A DNA stretch of 63,177 nt, filler included, from Reticulomyxa filosa (Eukaryota; Protista; Foraminifera), in the NCBI GenBank assembly GCA_000512085.1. It is 20 parts of 20 records of this genome, joined end to end, with 100 filler letters (N's around TTAATTAATTAA, not from the genome) between each part and the next. Parts side by side here need not be neighbours in the genome. Positions count along the whole stretch, not along the records: positions 39,283 to 60,129 come from ASPP01001240.1; positions 60,230 to 63,177 come from ASPP01018614.1; 18 more parts are not named here. One strand, written 5' to 3'. The first letter of the stretch is position 1; each line of letters opens with the position of its first letter. This document shows, piece after piece, positions 52,139 through 63,177 of the stretch. The notes under the pieces were generated by a model. It searched no databases. It had not been told where the DNA came from and saw nothing but the letters and a program-made list of their open reading frames with translations. The position numbers were made by a program, and so were the translations under genes.

Positions 52139-55100
52139 TTATATAAATTTATGGATAATGTTCCTATAGACAAAAAAAAAAAAAAATAATGATGTAAACA
52201 TAGGCACAAAAGACAAACCTTGTTTGAAAAATGGAATTTAGTTCCAATATGACGTCTTCCAAGCAGTGTTCGAACACATGTTGTGTCAACTCTTCTCTTA
52301 ATTGTAGTTCATAGCTGTCTATACTATGCCAGATATGATTTTGTTCCAAATCTTCTATCCACTGCTTTGAAATAGCTTTCACATCGTCGACATTTTTTCC
52401 GTTGAGTAATATTTCATAAGATTCCCTGATGGAGCGACAAAATTATGTTTAAAATAACGTTCCCTTTCCCCCTCCCCTAAAATAACATCACCCAAGAAAA
52501 ACCTTGGCTGTTGACCACATACCCTTGAGATATATTTTTAAATTGTTGCATTTTCTTGCAAACTGAGGTAATGATTGCTTCCATTGATGGTGGCCTCCAA
52601 AATTTGGACGAAACTTCTCTGTTTCGTCTGTGACCATTGTTGACAAACATTTGTGTAAGGAATAGCCAAGACAAATAACTTATTTTTTAGTTTAACTTTG
52701 ACCACTCCTCCGGTGATTTGTTTCCTTGGTACGGCAAAGCTTCGACGAGTGTTTCGTTCAATGTGTCAAAAATAACAGCGTTAAATTGTTGCTGCGCATC
52801 TGATCTCTGTAAGTGTATATCATCGTCCAAACCAAGGCAAATGGGAGTGATCCGATTGTCGCGATGGATCAACAAATAAGAAAGAAAAATATATAACAGA
52901 ACATTTGCAGCGCTCTCGAGGGCAGCGAAAACTGACATTTCAATCTGCACCGTGGATTTCGATGTCCAGTCCAACTTTGGAGCGCGTTCCAGAACCATTC
53001 GAACATACGTACCAACAAATTTTTTAGAGGTTTGAATTTTGAGTTTCCACAAATCTTGTGGGATTGCATTGCGATTAGACACACTAGCTAGCCCCAGAAA
53101 AGAAATGGGCGCAAAATTGCGACTTTGTGCAATGGACATTGCATCGGACCAAACGATAGATAGCATATCGGATAACATGCTTTTGGCTAAGTCATCTGCT
53201 GTTTTATCTGTTGTAACAAAAAAACGTCTTAACTCCCTCTCCCATTATAAAAAACCATTGATTAACTGATTTCTGCTTCTGTCAATTTTCTTTTCAATGT
53301 TGTTGTTATCAGCGATATATCGTGGCAAGCGTCTTCAAGACTTGTCTCTATGTCAGCTGCACTATCGTTTCTTGGATTTATCACCTTGTCACTCTTTTCA
53401 TTTAAACTGTTGTCTGTCTTTATATTCATATGCATCGCTTCTAATATTATATTTTCATTGGATTGAGCAACTGTTTGATCCGTTGTTTTGCTCAGCTGGT
53501 TTTGCTCGTTATTTTTCTGAAAAGTGCAAAAAGAAAAGTTTAAAAAGGGGACCTAATTTTTGTCATTTCCATTTCTCAACAAGAAATACAAACAACCCAA
53601 AATGTCAAATTTTTGTTTATCTGTTCAAGCGTTTTAACTATCGAATCTTCATCTTTATCTTTCTTTTCAATATTGCTAAGGTCACCATGATCGGCTTTTG
53701 TCAGGCCGTTTGTTTCAGTTTGAGGTTCTGGGAGAAACTGATCCATTGATTCCTCACTGATCACAGAATGACTGGTGTCGACTTCGTCTGTGGTTTTCTG
53801 TTTGAGTGATTCCACATTATCGCATAATCGGGTGCTTTCGGATTTGGGGCTGGAGGTTGAACACGTTTCGACTGATTCAATTTTCAATTGTGTCTTCAAT
53901 GGATCGTCACCATTGCAAAACACAAAAGGTTTGATTTGCTGTCGCTGAGTTTCGGGACATGACTGCAATTCGTGTTCCTCCTTGCACTCTTCTTCTTCTT
54001 CTTCTTCTTCTATGTCTGTTATTTTTTATCCATGGAGTATAACAATAACATTTTATGCCATGTCTCAATAACCTTAAAAAAAAAAAAAAGTGCATAACTT
54101 ATTTCATCTTCTATGTCCTCAGCTTGGTCACTTTCATATATGGTATCACTGCAATTGGAACCATTTGCATGTCCATTGTCTTTTGGCTTTGCATCTGGTT
54201 CACTCAGTTCAAATGAGATTTCGGTGTTGCCACTGTGAATTGACTCTTTCTCTTGTGACTTTACTGCCTGGGAAAGTGCCATTTGGGGTTGGATAAGTAC
54301 ATCCTTGCACTGATCAGAAACACATTCATCAGTTATACTTTTTTCAATTCTATCTGTGCAATCCAAATCGTGCTCTTTCACATTTGCATCAGGTTCACTT
54401 TCGATCTTTGTTTCATTTGTTGGGAACGCTTCTTCACTTTCAGTCTCAACTTCAATGGTTTCTTTCTCTTCTCTTTTTTTTTTCCCCCACAAAGGTAAAA
54501 CGGTTTAAGGTGCCAAAAAAATAAAAGGAAAACGCCAACTAACAAAAAAAAATTCAGTGAACAAACTTGCAATTCGAGTGTTGACTCTGCTCTAAAACAA
54601 TGTCATTCTCTTCTTCAATGACTTCAGTGTCATTTGTGTGATTGTTTTTAGAATATTGTGTAGTGACTTCATTGAAGTCGTCATCTTCGTCATAACCAGC
54701 AGAGTGAGAGACGGTGTCATTTTTAGGGAGGTCATTTTTGAGAGTATATTGATTACGGAACTTTGGCGATTTGCTTGTTGTGTCCGCTTGTTTTGCGGTT
54801 TTTTTTTCGGGAACAGTCTTTGTGTAATATCGGATCCATTGTTTTGACAGATATGCAAAAAAAAATATATTCCACAAAAAAACCAAGTCAACAAAACAGT
54901 AAGGTTAGGCTGAATTGGAGGAGATGTTTGTGCCGATGAAAATTTTTTTGGTTTGCTAATGAGTTTTTCTTGTTTTTTTGCCAAAAGCAGTTTCATACGA
55001 TCCAACATGGCATAATTTTCTTGCAATTGTTCGAAATTTTCTTGTCGCAGTTGTTGGGCGACAGTTTTCTGATGTTCTTTTTCCATCGTTTTGTCATGGC

Positions 55101-58100
55101 TTTCTTTGTATTGTGACAACAACTGTAACGCCTGATTCAATGCGGTTGACAATTGCAACTGCTTTTCGTTATTTATTTTTTGCTCTTGTGACAATTCTTG
55201 TTTGTATGATACAAGCAGATCTTGTGAAATTTTGTAAAGTTCATTCCGGGTAGACAAACTTGTGTTCGTTAGAACTTTACACATTTCTACACTCATATCT
55301 TTCAAATGTAAAAACTGCTGTTGTGCCATTTGCTCTGTTATCCGTTGTTGTTCACGTTGAAAATTTATCTCTTGTTGGTATTTCTCAAACACGTGTGCCA
55401 ACTCTTGCCTGTCTTTGCAACACACACAAGCCTGTCTTTTTTTTTGTTCAAATAAACAAACAAGCAACAACAAAAAACAATACAAAAAATTGACTTGGAC
55501 TCTTGTAAAGTTTGCTGTAATAGTGCATCATCTGCCTTTGGCTGTGCTTCTATTCCACTGTTACCAAATGCATGCAAAGATTGTAGCTGTCTGGAAGTCC
55601 TTTGAATGCTTTCCAACATTTGTAATTCCATTAGTAGTTTTTCCGTCATCAATTGCGCTTGATTAGCAATTCGACTTGTAGTGCTCTCTTTGGGACGTTC
55701 AAAGCCTATTGCTTGATCAGTTCCGACGCATTCGTCTTTTGTCAAGTCTTGCACAAAACATGTTTGGACTCCCGTTCATCCATTTTCGCCTTTGGCTGTC
55801 GTGCCACCAATTCTTTCTTTTTTTTATTACTACATTGTACCGTGCTGACGTTTGTTTCTGCAGAACATGTCGTCAGTGGTTGGTTTGGGGATGGCATCCG
55901 GATGTGCAGAATATTTCTTTGTTTTTGAATACGTCGTTGTGTGGGCTTCAGTATTGGTTCCGATTTCGAGTGTGATAATTGGCACGAAACACTGTCCAAG
56001 TTCATTTGTCTCTGTGCTTCAAGCTGACGAGTACCACATGTCTCGTGTGCATTGGACGAAAAGAGATAAGGTGGTTGAGACAGTACCTCTTTACAAAAAG
56101 ACGGGGACCATACACATTTGCAAAAAAAAAAAAAAAACTAAAATATGTTCGCAAGTGTGGGCCACAAAATGCATACCCTGTTTACATGGCTGGTGCGGGA
56201 GAAATGATGATGACGGGCAGAAATATTCTTGAGTGGTTATTGTGGGAACTGGTCGTTGTGAATACGAGGGGTGTGTTGGTACAACACAGGCGTGCGCCCT
56301 GCCACTTGATTGCTCCAAAACAAAGGGACAGTCCCGAGTTTGGGCACGGAATGGTTGCGGCTGCGATACGAAAGTATTTTGCTGTGCATGATGTCCCGTG
56401 CACATATCGCACGCATACAAGTGAAATATATTGTTTTGCTCGGGCTGTTTTCAAATCAAGCACATTCATGTTGGATGAGATGTATTTATTTGCAACACTC
56501 ACAAAAAAAGAAAATCAAAAACTGAAAGCAAAGACTGCGTATAGATCGGAGCAACACCATGACCATTTGGAAATAAAGGTCCATCATGAGATTGTCCCAA
56601 ACATCCGGGCTTCAACGGTTCGTGCATTTCCAATGGCTTTGACGCTTTGTTTGGATAGACGCTTGTTTTTTTGTCTTGTTCTTTTTTCTCCCTTTCTTTT
56701 TCAATTTTAGTCTTTTCTGCAATATCTTTTTTTTTTTGCAAATATGTGTATACGTATGTGCAAAATGAAAAGTTATTCAAACAGACACGTCATTGATCTC
56801 CCTATCGTACCGTGAATGTGTTGCTGCGGTTTGTTTTTATTTGGTAATGCAACTCATTGAAAGCGTGATGCATTTGTTCCAAAGCGTCCTCAAGCGCTAG
56901 CTTTCATGTATGAATATGTGTGTATGTGTCTTCATCAAATCAAAGATATACATTTATATCATTTCATTTGGTCCTCAAAACACGCACACAAACTTGGTCG
57001 ATATCGTGTTGATCCGGACAAGGATGAGATGGATTGTCTGCGGGCACAGTACACGAATTGTAAACGAAAGTAGAATCATCGCAAACGGGAGCGATCGTAT
57101 GCGTGCGTGGTTTCGTAACGCGTTCGTCTCTTTGCTTGATAGGCGAAATATTGCGAAAGGAGGATGTAAGTAGCTTTTGTTCCTCCATCCACTGCGGGCA
57201 TTGCTGAGGTTCACGCTCGATGTGCAATTTCTTTGCCGTTTCTTCTTTCGTGTCCAGTGACATCTCCAACACACCCGAAATCGCCTCCAACCGCTTTTCC
57301 AATTGCGTGCTAGTACTACACAAGTTGTCCAGGCGCGATTCTAACTCTGACATGTCAGGTCATTTTCAAAACAACACAATGTTTGAGAGCAAGATGTTGT
57401 GAAAGCTCACGTCCAGAGAAACATGTATTTGTTTATCTTAATTGTCAAAAATTTAGTTTTTTTTTGTTATTGTTTGACCCCCTGTCAGTCTCTTTTTTTT
57501 TTTAGACAAAACTAAATGGCGGTGAAACAATATTTGAAGAGTCCACGCTTTCAATAATTGTGGTTGTCGTGGTTGTGGTCGTGGTTGTGGTTTCTGCGTG
57601 AATGATGGGCTGAATCTGTGTCGATAGTGCAATCGTATTCGGATTGGTCTTGGCAACTGGAATAATCGGATGTCGTCGCGTGCGCATGGGTGAGTGTGTG
57701 AGGAGCTGGGACCAAGTGTTTGGCTCGCTCCAACTCGAAGCCGATACCCGTTTTTTCATCATTGGTGTGTCATAGGTTTGGCAGCTGTTTCGCTTTTTTT
57801 TTTTTAATCAAACCTGCTCGTTGTAACATGCTTGTCTTACTTTTCATTTCCGTCTCTGTTTTCGTCGCATCACGTTTCTCATGGTCACTAGCTTCCGTTT
57901 CTTGCACACGTGTTGTCGCACTGTTATGACAACTATTTAAAAAACTTGTCCAGCAACAAAAAAAGTGAAATGAACTTACTTATCCGTCTCGTTATTTTGT
58001 GATTGCGAGTTGATAATTGGCACATTCGCTTCACTTGGCAATTTTAGTTTGTTTACAACAACGCGATGGTAAATTTCTTGCAATAGTTTGGGGTCAGGAT

Positions 58101-59270
58101 CGCCGTTGTTATCTGTCAGACTTCGGTCCACAATTTTGTTGTCGTCAATCGTATGCTCTAAGGTCACGTCTTTTACCTGTGTCGACGATTCATTGATTGT
58201 ACGTGTGCTCCACGCAGGGATCGGTATAGCCTTGTTTTTGTTGGAATTGCTTGCCAGGTCTTGATTTGTGTTATCCATCGCCATTGTTGTCTCACAACCC
58301 AATAATGCAGCTTGATAGCTTTGTTGTCTTTTTATCATTTCTTCTTCGGTCACTTTTATTTTGGATTGATCCGTTTTGTGCTCCGTCGCTGGATGTTTTG
58401 TCTTTGTTTTCGATTGCATCACTTGGCCTTTTTTTGCTGACAAATGAGTCGATTGTTGTTTGTCTCTTATTATCTCGGCTGTCGTATCATGCAATTTTCT
58501 TTTTTTATTGTGAACTGTTTTTGCTTTGTGCGTTGCTTTTCGAATCTCGTTTATTTGTTTGTCCATTGATGCCATCCAGAGTCCCACTGATTCTTTTTCT
58601 TTTTGTTCTACCATGTTGTCCTTTTTTACTTGATGCCTTTGTCTTTATGTGTTTGTTTGCTCTCTTCCAAAAGATATAAATTTTGATTTTTTTTTTTTTT
58701 TTTTTGCAAGCATAAGTATACGTAGAAAGCACAAAATCGGGAAAAGAAAAAAAAACATCAAAGACGTTTGCAAACCTGATTGGATTTTGACTTTTACTCC
58801 TTTGGACATCTGATTGGTCTTTGACTTGTTCTGACTTTCTTTGTTTTTCAGTTTTTAACTTGTTGAGCAGTCGAACTTTGTTGGCGTAAGCAGCTGCTTG
58901 TTCTGGGTCATGTCAACAGGACACAAGAATGGCAATGAAAACGTTTATCAAGTAAAAAGAGGGAGTAATTGTAAGTTGTAACTTCGTTTTTGTTTTTCAA
59001 GTTTTTTTTTCCAAGTTGCTCTAATTCTTGCTGTCTCACTTTTTCTAAAGCCTCACGTGATCGGGCTTCTAACCCAGCAATATGATAATATTTCGGATCA
59101 TATTTTATTTTCACATTGCATTGTCCTCTAACATTGTTATATATGTATATTATTATTTTTTTCTTAAGTCATTATTTTAAGGTAATGCCTAACAGTTTTT
59201 TGCTTCTCTTTTTGACTGGTGAAAGTATATCGACGTCTTTTTCGTCTGAAATTATTTGTAGCCAGTAACA
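52139..59270 (-). CDS. Large multi-exon coiled-coil/low-complexity protein, CEP350-like C-terminus (DUF4378-like); 5' end uncertain, may be more than one gene
   Basis: Chain of minus-strand ORFs with GT-AG introns; EKLLMELQMLESIQRTSRQL, AVIFDTLNETL and W..IDSYELQLREELTQHVFEHCLEDV resemble CEP350 conserved blocks. Confidence 0.55.
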
Positions 59271-60229
59271 ATTTGAAACAAACTTTGGAGGGCATAAAAG
59301 ACATTTGTTGCAATAAATAATTTAGTGAAAATTATAATATTTTTCTCTCACACCATTTTCTGGTTCTATCTTCTCGTACGATATCAAACGTGCATTTGAT
59401 TTCAAAACTTGACTTTTGTCTCCGGTTATTGCGTCTACGATATTTTGTAAATCGTTTTAACAGATACTGATGTAAGCTTTTGTAGCACTCTAATCTTCGC
59501 TTAAATCAAATTTAACACGAAAATGTGTGCATATGGATCTTTAAACAATAGTAAATTATACCTGACATCGGCTTAGGCTAATTTTTAGGTTGAACTTTTT
59601 AGGTGCTAGTTCACAAATGAAACCCGACCATTTAATTTAGCTACCAAACATTGACGTCAGCACCAACCGAAAAAGAAGGAATGCGATTAATATTTACTTT
59701 TGTAACAATATATTTGAAAGATGTATAAGAAATAGTAATAACAAATTGAGACGCTATTGTTATCTTGGGTATTTGGTAATTGTTAAGAATAACTTAGAAA
59801 ATTTCATTTGTCAGTAAACATCTTCTTCTGGTTTCTTTTTTTCTTCAATATACATTAGAGTATATTGAATTGCAAGACAAAAAATATGAAAATGATTTAA
59901 AGACATGCCTGAGATGCAGCAAACTTTGCAATGAAAAAATGTGTTTATTTTGGTGAACAAAACCTTCTTTTAAATAGGATGAATTTACGAAAAAACAAAA
60001 TAAAATAAGTTTGGCATCTTTAATGCAATGCCAAAACAAACAAGAAAATAATTAGTTTAATTATTGTTTGTGAGTTGTTAAAACCTTTTTTTTTTTGTGA
60101 TGAGTGTGATGATTTGATTTGGATGTGGGNNNNNNNNNNNNNNNNNNNNNNNNNNNNNNNNNNNNNNNNNNNNTTAATTAATTAANNNNNNNNNNNNNNN
60201 NNNNNNNNNNNNNNNNNNNNNNNNNNNNN

Positions 60230-60767
60230 CTCTTTGCACACTACCGTGCAAAGGAGATACATTCACGTCTCCGTAAATACGCATTGGTGTGCATTATACG
60301 TATACATACACGCAATATATATATATATATACATATATGCATATATATATATGTATATGTATATGTATATGTTTATTTATTTATATTTATAACATGGCAC
60401 AGCATCAGGAAGTGCATTAGAATCAATAAGGGCATCAGAGGTGTGATCAAGGTTGTCTTGTTGTGTGATGCTGCGACGACGGATGGAGTTTTCCGAGACA
60501 ATGGGCTGAGCGTTGTCATCGTGGGAAAGAACGGAAGAGGGGTCCGGCCTGGACGCAGACAGGGCTACGCTCGATCCCGAGCTGGACGACATGGTGCTGC
60601 CAAGCGCTCCTGCCGTCGAGTACGTCTTCAATAGCACGCATTGAATCGACACTCGCGCTGTTATCTCCGCTGCTATCTCTTTGCTCGTGTCTTTCGCCGT
60701 CAAATTCGACGAACTGCTTCGCGAATGTCGTTTTAAGCCTGGGCCGTGCTTCACATTTTTTTCAGGC

Positions 60768-60798
<31 letters not shown>

Positions 60799-61452
60799 AA
60801 AAAAAAAAAAAAAAAAAAAGTTGTGTCAACATGCATTACATATGCATACATACTTATTCATTTATTTAAAAAAATTATTTTGTAATATCCCCCTTTTTAT
60901 ATACATATACATATACATATATATATAAAAACGTGTGTATGTTATTATTTGTAATCGTTTAAACTTTGTACTTCAAACGAAACACTTCGGTTGTATCCAT
61001 GCCAATATATTTGGACAGATCGATTATTGCTTGCCATTGAATGCTCTCGTCATTCGACTTGATTATTGTCAGTACAAATTCCTTAGATTCGCTTCCTTTT
61101 CCTGACGGCACGTTATCTGTTGCTGGCTTTGTCCCAGTTTCCGGCCCTTGGTCACAATATATCGTCGATTTAAATTTTATTGATTCAAACAACTCCACAT
61201 AACCTCCATCTTGTGGAAATGCGACCTTTGATTTTGATTCGATTCTTAACTTTTTTGTTTCTTTTCCTCCTCTCTTTTTTTGTAGTTAACTTTAGTGGAG
61301 TAACACTTGTTGTTGCGTTTCAACTGAACGTAGACACCCGATTGAAAGTCTGATGTCTTATGTGTAGACGGAAACGCACCAATTATGGTGTGAAATGTCA
61401 ATGAAAATTGATATTTGCTTGGCTTCTTCCCAAAATGCTTTAAGAAAGTCAT
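60230..61452 (-). CDS. NT-C2 (EEIG1/EHBP1-type N-terminal C2) domain protein, 3'-truncated
   Basis: KYQFSLTFHTI, VYVQLKR, FESIKFKSTIY, SKEFVLTI, AIIDLSKY; intron 60964-60767. Confidence 0.75.
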
Positions 61453-61860
61453 TCCAAATAGATTATTTTATAAATAATTGTCAAACTTTTTTTTGGAAAA
61501 ATCCGCTGTTTTTGTGCTATAATTACTTTGATCTTTGTAAAATCTGGAGACATTATTTATGCTTGGTTATCAAATTGCAAAAAAGCATTTGAAATAGTGG
61601 ACATTTTAAAAATAAAAGAATATTTAAAAATCAATCTTATGTGTATATTAGTTACAAATAATTAAATACACGCAATAACAACGTGTTTGCTCCCACAAAA
61701 TGTGTAAAAATGAAGAAAAAATAACGGAAGGATTAAAAAAAGTATTTCATTTTCAACAGATGAAACTGCTGCATTTGAGAAAATGATGATGAAAAATCAT
61801 AAAAAAGCAATCATCTTCCAATTTTTTGGATGAAAAATTTGTTTGCTTCAAAGAGTTTGA

Positions 61861-62434
61861 TCAATGATGCCTTCCAAACAACACACTCAATACATTCATG
61901 TCGATGTGACTGCAGTGGTCCCTTGCTTTGATAGCGGTGACCAGAATACATCGACTGAGCCGCTCATTTTGAGATTTGGAAAGTGTGGACCGATCTTCCG
62001 AATGAACACACTCAAACTCCCTCAGCCCCATCCAAAGGCCAAGTGTTAATCCAAAGATGAACACGGGTAATTGCGGATGTCGGAGGAGTTTTCCAACGTG
62101 CGAGATGGGGTTGGTATGTCTCATCAAAAATTTCGAGAGCTTGAGGGATGACATAAAGAACGAGTTCAGGTCTGCGTTCTTTCTTCTCCAACAAGATGGA
62201 CAGGCCACTGTTGAGCCCACCGATCATGGACAGCCAAGAGGGATCTCTTTGTAACAAATGTCTCCCCCAGCATTCGGTCAGTTTCATATTGAACTGATAC
62301 GTGCTTAAAAATATACTACTTTGCAATGTGCTCAATGACTTTTTGGCGACATAGCTGGCAGGTTGTTTCAGCACCTTCTTGGGTGATAACAATAGCAAAG
62401 GTAAGAAATGGACTGGCAAATACATTTTACCTAT

Positions 62435-62477
<43 letters not shown>

Positions 62478-63177
62478 CACATATAAATATAATAACATTG
62501 TAATGTGTATATATGTATATGTATACATACGTAATAACCTGCTCGAAGTAGACAATGCAACCAATCCAAAAAGTGGGCCTTGAAACAACTATGTTCGATA
62601 TGGAATGTCGGTGAGCAATTGAGAAATGGCATGAATTCGTCATACTTGAACAGCGATTGAAAGACCCTGGCTTGTATTTGCTGCAGATTGCCCATGGACA
62701 AAACCCATTTATAAAACTTGGGATTCATTTTGCTGGGTTCGTTTAAGAACGCGTGCATGATAGGGATTTGGGCGCATGTGAACATGATGCTACTCATATG
62801 TGGGATTTCCACCAGTTTTTGGAAGACCTGCAGCACGCGCAGCAAATCTGCCAGGCAACGCACCATGCAATACAGCGCCACCAGCTTCAAATATTTGTGT
62901 GGAATGAACATGTGCGACGACACCACTGCACTCATAAACCCACTCATCCCATGATAGATCACGTTCTTTACCCCCAGCCATTGGCTCGACGACCACTCGC
63001 GTCGACGTCCAGACAACGCCACAATCACGCGCTGTACCATTCGTCGGAATACAAAACATAACACAAATTTGTATACAAATGACATCAAGGCCATACATTG
63101 TGCAAACTTTATCGGCTCTGCTGACTGATACACTTTTGAAAGCAGATTTGACCAATTCACTATTTTTTTGTTTGTTT
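61861..63177 (-). CDS. TMEM135: TMEM135-like membrane protein, 5'-truncated, apparent 1-nt frameshift near 62128
   Basis: C...H...SC, MYLPVHFLP, SSIFLSTY and GLSILLEKKERRPELVLYVIPQALE; the last TM (PVFIFGLTLGLWM) lies in a different frame. Confidence 0.8.

Noticed and set aside
55979-56710. 243-aa plus-strand ORF
   Set aside because: Antisense to minus-strand exons and introns of the CEP350-like gene, crosses intronic homopolymers and has no motif
1001-60229. Regularly recurring TTAATTAATTAA as a CRISPR-like or biological repeat
   Set aside because: Always centred in exactly 100 nt with N padding, so it is an artificial contig joiner; ORFs ending in XXXLIN are artefacts
1-63177. Operon- or defence-island-style neighbourhoods (e.g. 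RT near nuclease, MutS, TPR)
   Set aside because: The genes are eukaryotic and spliced and sit on separate unlinked contigs, so adjacency across linkers is meaningless
1-63177. Alternative genetic code or stop-codon readthrough
   Set aside because: Conserved exons contain no in-frame stops once introns are removed, and TAA (MutS), TGA (hnRNP) and TAG (carboxypeptidase) all act as terminators

Overview
This is not a prokaryotic locus. It is a concatenation of 20 short, unlinked contigs from an AT-rich, intron-rich eukaryotic genome, joined by artificial 100-nt linkers (N44-TTAATTAATTAA-N44), so gene neighbourhoods only count within a contig. The lineage-typical TRAF-like Zn-finger, kelch-like, TPR and PPR families, the many pseudogenes and the homopolymer-rich short introns point to a foraminiferan such as Reticulomyxa filosa (inference). 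The ORF track is fragmented by introns, so gene models were rebuilt by eye from splice sites and motifs. Recognisable genes: PI synthase, an RRP6/EXOSC10 homolog, PPR protein, CLASP/TOG-like, WW-domain protein, Rho/Rac GTPase, MutS, Nopp140-like LisH/RGG protein, TPR/Mlp1-like, polycystin-1-like, kelch-like, MBOAT, cAMP-receptor-like GPCR, hnRNP F/H, S10 carboxypeptidase, CEP350-like, NT-C2 protein and TMEM135, plus decayed non-LTR retrotransposons and pseudogenes. Most interesting: (1) many introns end in poly-A-AG rather than a polypyrimidine tract, often with an upstream T tract that could pair with it; (2) a multicopy spliced element on 3 of 20 contigs keeps exon sizes, splice sites and a GC-rich hairpin but not its reading frame; (3) an RRP6 paralog lacks three of four catalytic acids; (4) a Rac-like GTPase has a 10-nt microexon encoding a Q61K-equivalent; (5) a ~110-bp palindrome.
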